Source: the human T2T-CHM13v2.0 reference genome, Homo sapiens. Taken from it: a stretch of DNA of 64,000 bases. The stretch is from the NCBI RefSeq assembly GCF_009914755.1, contig NC_060925.1. One strand, written 5' to 3'. The position numbers were made by a program, and so were the translations under genes. The notes below the pieces were generated by a model that ran no database searches, had not been told where the DNA came from, and saw only the letters and a program-made list of their open reading frames with translations. This document shows, piece by piece, positions 57,401-64,000 of this stretch (the stretch's first letter is position 1; each line of letters starts with the position of its first letter).

Positions 57401-58371
57401 TAAGGTTGTGGCATTATCCCAAACACTTCAAACAATGCCTGCCATCATGCAGACACTCAATAAAGATCTGTTGAGTGGATAACGCCTGTACAGCTCTTAG
57501 CACTGAGTTTATACATGGCAAGCATTCAATACATGTCAGCTATCATTATCATCTTCATCACCATTATTGTCATCCCTGGGCATGGCTCTCGCCCTCCCTG
57601 CTTCCTCCGGGACCACTGTCCCCATCATTTGGATGAGGAGTTGAGGCCAGGGACAGCTTGCCACAAAAGTCCCACCACTCTGGGGCAGTCAGGACCCAAC
57701 CCCTGTTCTCTGGGCCTCAGCACTTGCCCTACACAGAAGCCTCACCTGAGCTGCTGGCTCCAGAGGTGTTTAATAAACACACATCCCTCCTGAAGACACT
57801 CGCCTCTCAGCTGCGAAAGTCTGGAGTCCAATCTGCTTTTGATGTGTCGGAGCCTCCTAGGAGCAGGCTCCTCCATCTAGAGGCTGAGCCATCTGCCACT
57901 AGCCCAGAGCTGTTGGGAGCCAGCGAGGAACAGGGGCAGGGTGTGAAAGGGTTTTGTGCTCCTTGAAGCAGGGCAGGAGTGGGAGGAAGGGCACAGCCGT
58001 GTCAGACCTCTTCCCCTACCCACTTGTAAGATCCCATAGTGAGACACGAGCTGTCAGCACCACACGGGGGAGGCCAAGTCCAGGTCCTCAGCAGAAGGGG
58101 ACAGAGCCCTGGCCAGAGCTTTGTACCAGGACAGGAAAGTTCTGGATTAGGGGAGCCAGAAGTGGAACCCATACGTCCCTGTAAGCAAAACTAACAAATC
58201 AGCTTAAAGCAGATAAGATCAAGGTCAGATCTTTAGATGCCCTAAAAACTGAAAAGAATTTGGTACCATTCCCTTCCCCTCCCCTACTATAAATTTCAAA
58301 ATAAAATTTGGGTTTTTTTTTTGACATGACACAAAAGTTACAGGAATTACAAAAGCTTCTGTAATCCCTGT

Positions 58372-58595
58372 GCAGTGATCAGGGTTGTGGACTCTGGAGC
58401 CCGGCTGGCTGGATTTAAATCCTGGCTTTGGGCAAGTCACTTGGCCTCACTGTGCCTCAGTGTCCTCATCTTTAAAGGAAGTGATGACGCCAGATTACTT
58501 CTTCAGGTGTTTGTGAGGATTAAGGATAACATAAATTAAGTACTGAGAGCAAAACCTGTCACAGAGGGAAAGCCTATTAAATGTTATTATTATTA
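58372..58595 (+). mobile_element. MIR
   Basis: CTCTGGAGC..AAATCCTGGCT..GGGCAAGTCACTT..GTGCCTCAGT..GTGAGGATTAA. Confidence 0.85.
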
Positions 58596-59269
58596 TGACT
58601 CTTGAAATTAAAATACCTGCTTTCTAGGTTTTTAAATTGCAAAATTCTGGGTAAGTTCATTGATGCCAAGTGTTTTACCTTTTCTGGTGCCCCCGCTTGT
58701 GGCTGCCCTCGGCATGGGCTCAGGTTTGTCATGAGTAACCCAGCCCCCAGCAAGGAGCATGAAGAGGACTAAGGTCATTTCCCCAGACAGCGCCAGCACC
58801 ACCATGACCCTCTGAGGCCAGCACCTGGCACTGTGCCAGAGCCATGGCTACGAGGAGCATGTGTGGGGGAGCATCAGCAGAGCCCCCAGAGCCTGGAGTT
58901 AGTGTCTAGTCACTGAGAAAGGGCAGGGAAAGGCAGGAACCAAGCCCCTCCTAGACACACTTTAGGGCCAGCAGGTCCACACCACAGGGGCGGGGTCTGG
59001 ATTCATTTGTCAGAGAAAGCACAGAAGCAGCAAGGAAGAGAAAAGGACACAGAGAGAGGCTCAAGCAGGCGAGGGCTTAAATCCTTCCTGGCTGGGACTA
59101 CACTTGGCACCCAAGCCAGCAGGTGGGGCTGAGAAGAGAAACGGCAGGGCTGGAGCCAAAGGGGGCTCTGTTTTCTGCCTGCCACCTGGGTCCCCTTCAG
59201 TGCCGCAGATGAAACCCAGGGGACTTAGCTCTGTCTTCAAGTGCAGGGAAAATCAGATTTTGTATAGTC

Positions 59270-59850
59270 ATTCTTGACTGGGATGGTAATTAATCACTCA
59301 AGAAAGGAGCACTGTCTCAGGAAGCAGCCACTAGTTGCCTGCATAGCCCTAGCAGTCTCTAAGGACAGCTCTTCGCTGCCTGTCCTGGGGCTGCAGCTAG
59401 AGGCTCCCGCAGCCACTTGGGCTCCCAGTAATCCTGCCCCCTCCACCTCACCAGCCACAGGGGTGGGGATTGGGGCATCTCACCCTGCCAGAGCCAATCA
59501 GCACCATCCTTCAAGAACCTGGGATTGGAACAGAGGGAAACATTCCGCTCCTCCTGAGACACTGGTGTTATTCCATGTAGCTCCCAGAGCTGAAGGGGCT
59601 GATTCCCTGCCACATGGACCAGAGTAGCAAAGGAAGCTGGACTGCAGGGAAGGAGAGAAACAAGACACAGATGTGAAGACAGGCAGTGAGAAGCAGAGAC
59701 AGAGGAGACAGCGCATCTCCAGCAGCCAGCTCCAGCCCTTTCCCAATGACCTGCCACATCCCTCCAGGAAACACTCAATGTCCTTACAGCCAAGTTCCCC
59801 TTACAACTGAGCTACTTTAAGTGGTTTCCTATTCCTTCAACCGAGATGCT
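59270..59850 (+). mobile_element. old ERVL LTR (LTR16-like)
   Basis: CCAGCCACAGGGGTGGG..AGCCAATCAG..; end TTCCCCTT..TGAGCTA.TTT.AGTGG.TT.CT.TTCCTT.CAACC. Confidence 0.5.
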
Positions 59851-60965
59851 AACTGGTATGTTTCTTGCTATCTCTGACACTACTAATCCTAAATTCCATC
59901 ATTCATTTACTAACAATGCGTACATCTGTTTGACATGCATCCCATCTTCAGAAACAAAATGTGAAAGGGGCGGGAAATACTTCTTATTTAATCCAAATGA
60001 ATTCCTCTGCCCCACGTGGCCCAGTCTTGCCTTGGTACTACAGGCAAAGAAACAGTCTGATGGCCAAAAGCAATTAGGAAATTCCAATCTTCGCTTGAAT
60101 CTCTCAAAGTCTAAAAAGGATCCAGTTAAAACCCCATTAGACTCTTCGATAAAGACCCTTTCCTCTTTTCTCTTCCTTTCCCCAGAACCTCACATCCTCC
60201 AAACCTTAAAATTCTTGCCCCTCTCACCCAGCACTTGGTTTCTTCCCCTCTCCTCCTCTTTCTCAGCAATTCTTGATGTAAACGTTTGAGGTTTGGGGCT
60301 CTTTTGTTCTCTAATTTCCCTCGTACTTCCATTGTCCACAGCAAAAGACAGCCCTGAAATGGACCCTGCAGCTAGAACCTCCACCCCTGTGTCACCCTCC
60401 AGTCTGGTCTCTGCTTGGTTTCCCATTCTGGCTCAGAGTCCTGAAAACTAGGCTGGCAAGGCCAGAGTAAGTCCTTAGAGAGTACAGGAGGGGAAGGAGA
60501 GTGAGAAGAAAAATCCCTCTCAAAACTGGGGGCAGAGGGAGAGAGTGGGCAGGCTGAGAGCCTCTCAAGTCAGCCCATCTTGACCCTGCCCCTTTCAGTC
60601 ATGGAAGTGTGATTCTGTGCCCCAGGGGCAGCTGACCCTGGCTTCCCTTCACCTCCACCTGGGGCAAACAGATCCAAAACCCCCAGCTCCCCTCTCCACG
60701 CCACATCCCCAAGACGCTACCCAGTCCTGACTTCCAATGGCCCAGTGACGCCACCCCTACTGCCATTTATACAAGATCCGGTCCTAACATCAGTCTGGTT
60801 CTCTTTCTCTGCAGCCAACTGGCCACCAGTCCAGAGGGTTCCTCCAGGTCGTCTCTGAATCCATTCTCATAGCCTCTGCCTAGACCACCCATGACTGGGC
60901 CACAGCCTCCTGCCTGGCTCCTTCCTGCCAGTGCTATCTAAACTCCACCCAAAACCCTGCCATCT

Positions 60966-61276
<311 letters not shown>

Positions 61277-62314
61277 TCATCTCCAATGCATGTGCACACT
61301 TGCACACACATGCACATTAGAGATCTATATTCCTTCTCCCAGAAGCACCACTTCCATTTTTCTCTCCCAGTGGCTCCCCGCTGCTTAGTTGACACCTTGC
61401 TGTTTTCTCTCCCTGGCATTCAAGGCCCTTCATAGTTTGGCCCCTTCTCTCAGCCCAGCCTCCCTGACTCAAGCTCTTCAGTCCATCTCAGCTCACTTGT
61501 CACCACTGCAAAGCCTTTGCTCAGCTGGTGCTCACCTGGAATGCTACCTGCACCTGTACAAACCCTGCCCAGCCTTCAGGCTCTCTAGGCCCATGTTCCT
61601 TTCTTTGGGTACATAAATGTGATTGAGATACTTCCATTTTTCCATGGCGTATCACTCCAGTTGTAAGCTCTCAAATGGGTCCTTCCAAACTTCAAGAACT
61701 ACCATAAAAAGCAAATCACAGAATGGTAAATCTAGTACAATCGCATTTTTGCAAAACAAACAAGCAAACAAAAAACTCATGTAGGTGTGTATGTGTATAG
61801 GTGAGTGAGTGGGTGGGTATGTGTGCATGCACAGAGAAAAAAGTCTTGAAGGACACAGTCAAACTTTTCACACTGATTGTCTCCAGAGGCTGGGGTAGGC
61901 GATAGAGATAGAGAAATTTTCAGTTTTTACTTTATATTTCTTTACTGTTTGAATTTATTACGGCAAGAATATATCACTTTTGTAATTTTTTCCTCAGGGA
62001 AAAAAAACAGCACTTTATAGGGAGCCAGGGAGCCAGAATATTTTGGTTCCAGTCCTCGCTGTGCCACTAAGTCACTAGGTGACCACAGCCAAGTCTCTTC
62101 CCTCTCTTGGCTTCAGATCCCCTTCCATGTAACATGGGGCTCATTCTAGACCAGTGGTTTCGAAGGTCCCAAGGTGGCTCTGCAGAGCAAGAAGATGCTG
62201 GGCAGCTGGGCTGAAGCCCCTGGTTCCTGCATCACCTGAGCTGACTCTTTTCTCTTTTGTCCATTTGACATATTAAATTTCCAGTTATTCGGTTAGGTGT
62301 TAGAAAACCACCAT

Positions 62315-62448
62315 CGGGGTGCACGCTTGTGATCCCAGCTAACCGGGAGCCTGGGGCAAGAGAATCGGAGGTTGCAGTGAGCCGAGATTGCGCCACCGCA
62401 CTCCAGCCTGGGCAACAGAGTGAGACTCCATCTCAAAAAGAAAAGAAA
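62315..62448 (+). mobile_element. truncated Alu right arm with internal deletion
   Basis: GGAGGTTGCAGTGAGCCGAGATTGCGCCAC..ACTCCATCTCAAAA. Confidence 0.9.
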
Positions 62449-62504
62449 ATCATCACCAGGAAGTAATGAGGAATGCCAGGTGGGTTTAGGATGGGATTGG
62501 CAAG

Positions 62505-63383
<879 letters not shown>

Positions 63384-63589
63384 TAGCCTCTCTCACATGG
63401 CTCAGGGAGAGATGAGTCTCCAGGAGCTCAAGCTTCCCCAGCATGAAGCCACGCAGCTCATGCTGACAGTCTGGCAGGCAGCCACCTCCACATTGGACTG
63501 TGGGACTCTGATGAGCTGGGACTGTATGTTGTTCATCTCCTGGTCCCCAGTGCCAGCACAAGTTCAACTCAGTGTATGTTCAACAAAGC

Positions 63590-64000
63590 TAAAAGTTCAG
63601 GCCCTGGAGCCAACCTGTCCGTGTTCAAATTCAGACTCTACCTCTATTTGCTGTGTAACCGTAGGCTAGTAACTACACCTTTCTGAGTCGCAGTTTCTCA
63701 CCAGTAAAACACAGCTAATAAAAGTACTCATCTTCTAGGATTGCTGTGAGGATTTAAAAAAATAGTGTATATAAAGTGCTTAACACAGGATGTGGCACTT
63801 GGTGAATACTCAATACAGATTAGCTGTCATTATTATTACTACTATTACAGCAACCCACACTGACTTCTGAACCAACTTCACAAAGTCATGGGGTCTTGCA
63901 TCTGGAAGGACCTCAGTTTCAAATAAGGAAACTGAGACTCAGAGAGGCTAAGAGACTTGACCAAGGCCACACAGGTACTAAGAGACTAAACTGAGACTAA
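63590..64000. mobile_element. two MIRs (+ 63590-63845; - 63880-64000)
   Basis: GTTCAAAT..GCTGTGT..CAGTTTC..GTGAGGATT.AA..TAAAGTGCTT; GAAACTGAGACTCAGAGAGG..CCAAGGCCACACAG. Confidence 0.85.

Overview
Primate (human-like) non-coding genomic DNA with no supportable host protein-coding exon, RNA gene or CRISPR array. Most of the window is interspersed repeats: about 17 Alu/FLAM/FRAM copies, many MIR/L2 fragments, old L1M pieces, MaLR solo LTRs and DNA-transposon fossils. Two large elements dominate. One is a structurally complete but coding-dead HERV-L provirus (29102-35707, +; MLT2A1-type LTRs, CATGG TSD, tRNA-Leu PBS, gag-pro-pol-dUTPase, no env). The other is a full-length, disrupted L1PA6-like LINE-1 (about 39087-45275, -) at the centre of a nested insertion stack. 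The most unusual details are: (i) a 26-bp copy of the provirus' gag sequence inside its own 5' LTR, bracketed by palindromes; (ii) 5'-LTR-specific DUX4, TATA and OTX-type motifs; (iii) a ~230-bp patchwork of local sequence pasted into an L1MC; (iv) a candidate L1 3' transduction; (v) a POGK-like transposase fossil; (vi) repeat-free homeodomain-motif clusters that may be enhancers. I see no convincing new biological system. Subfamily names come from recalled consensus sequences and are tentative; boundaries without a stated TSD are approximate.
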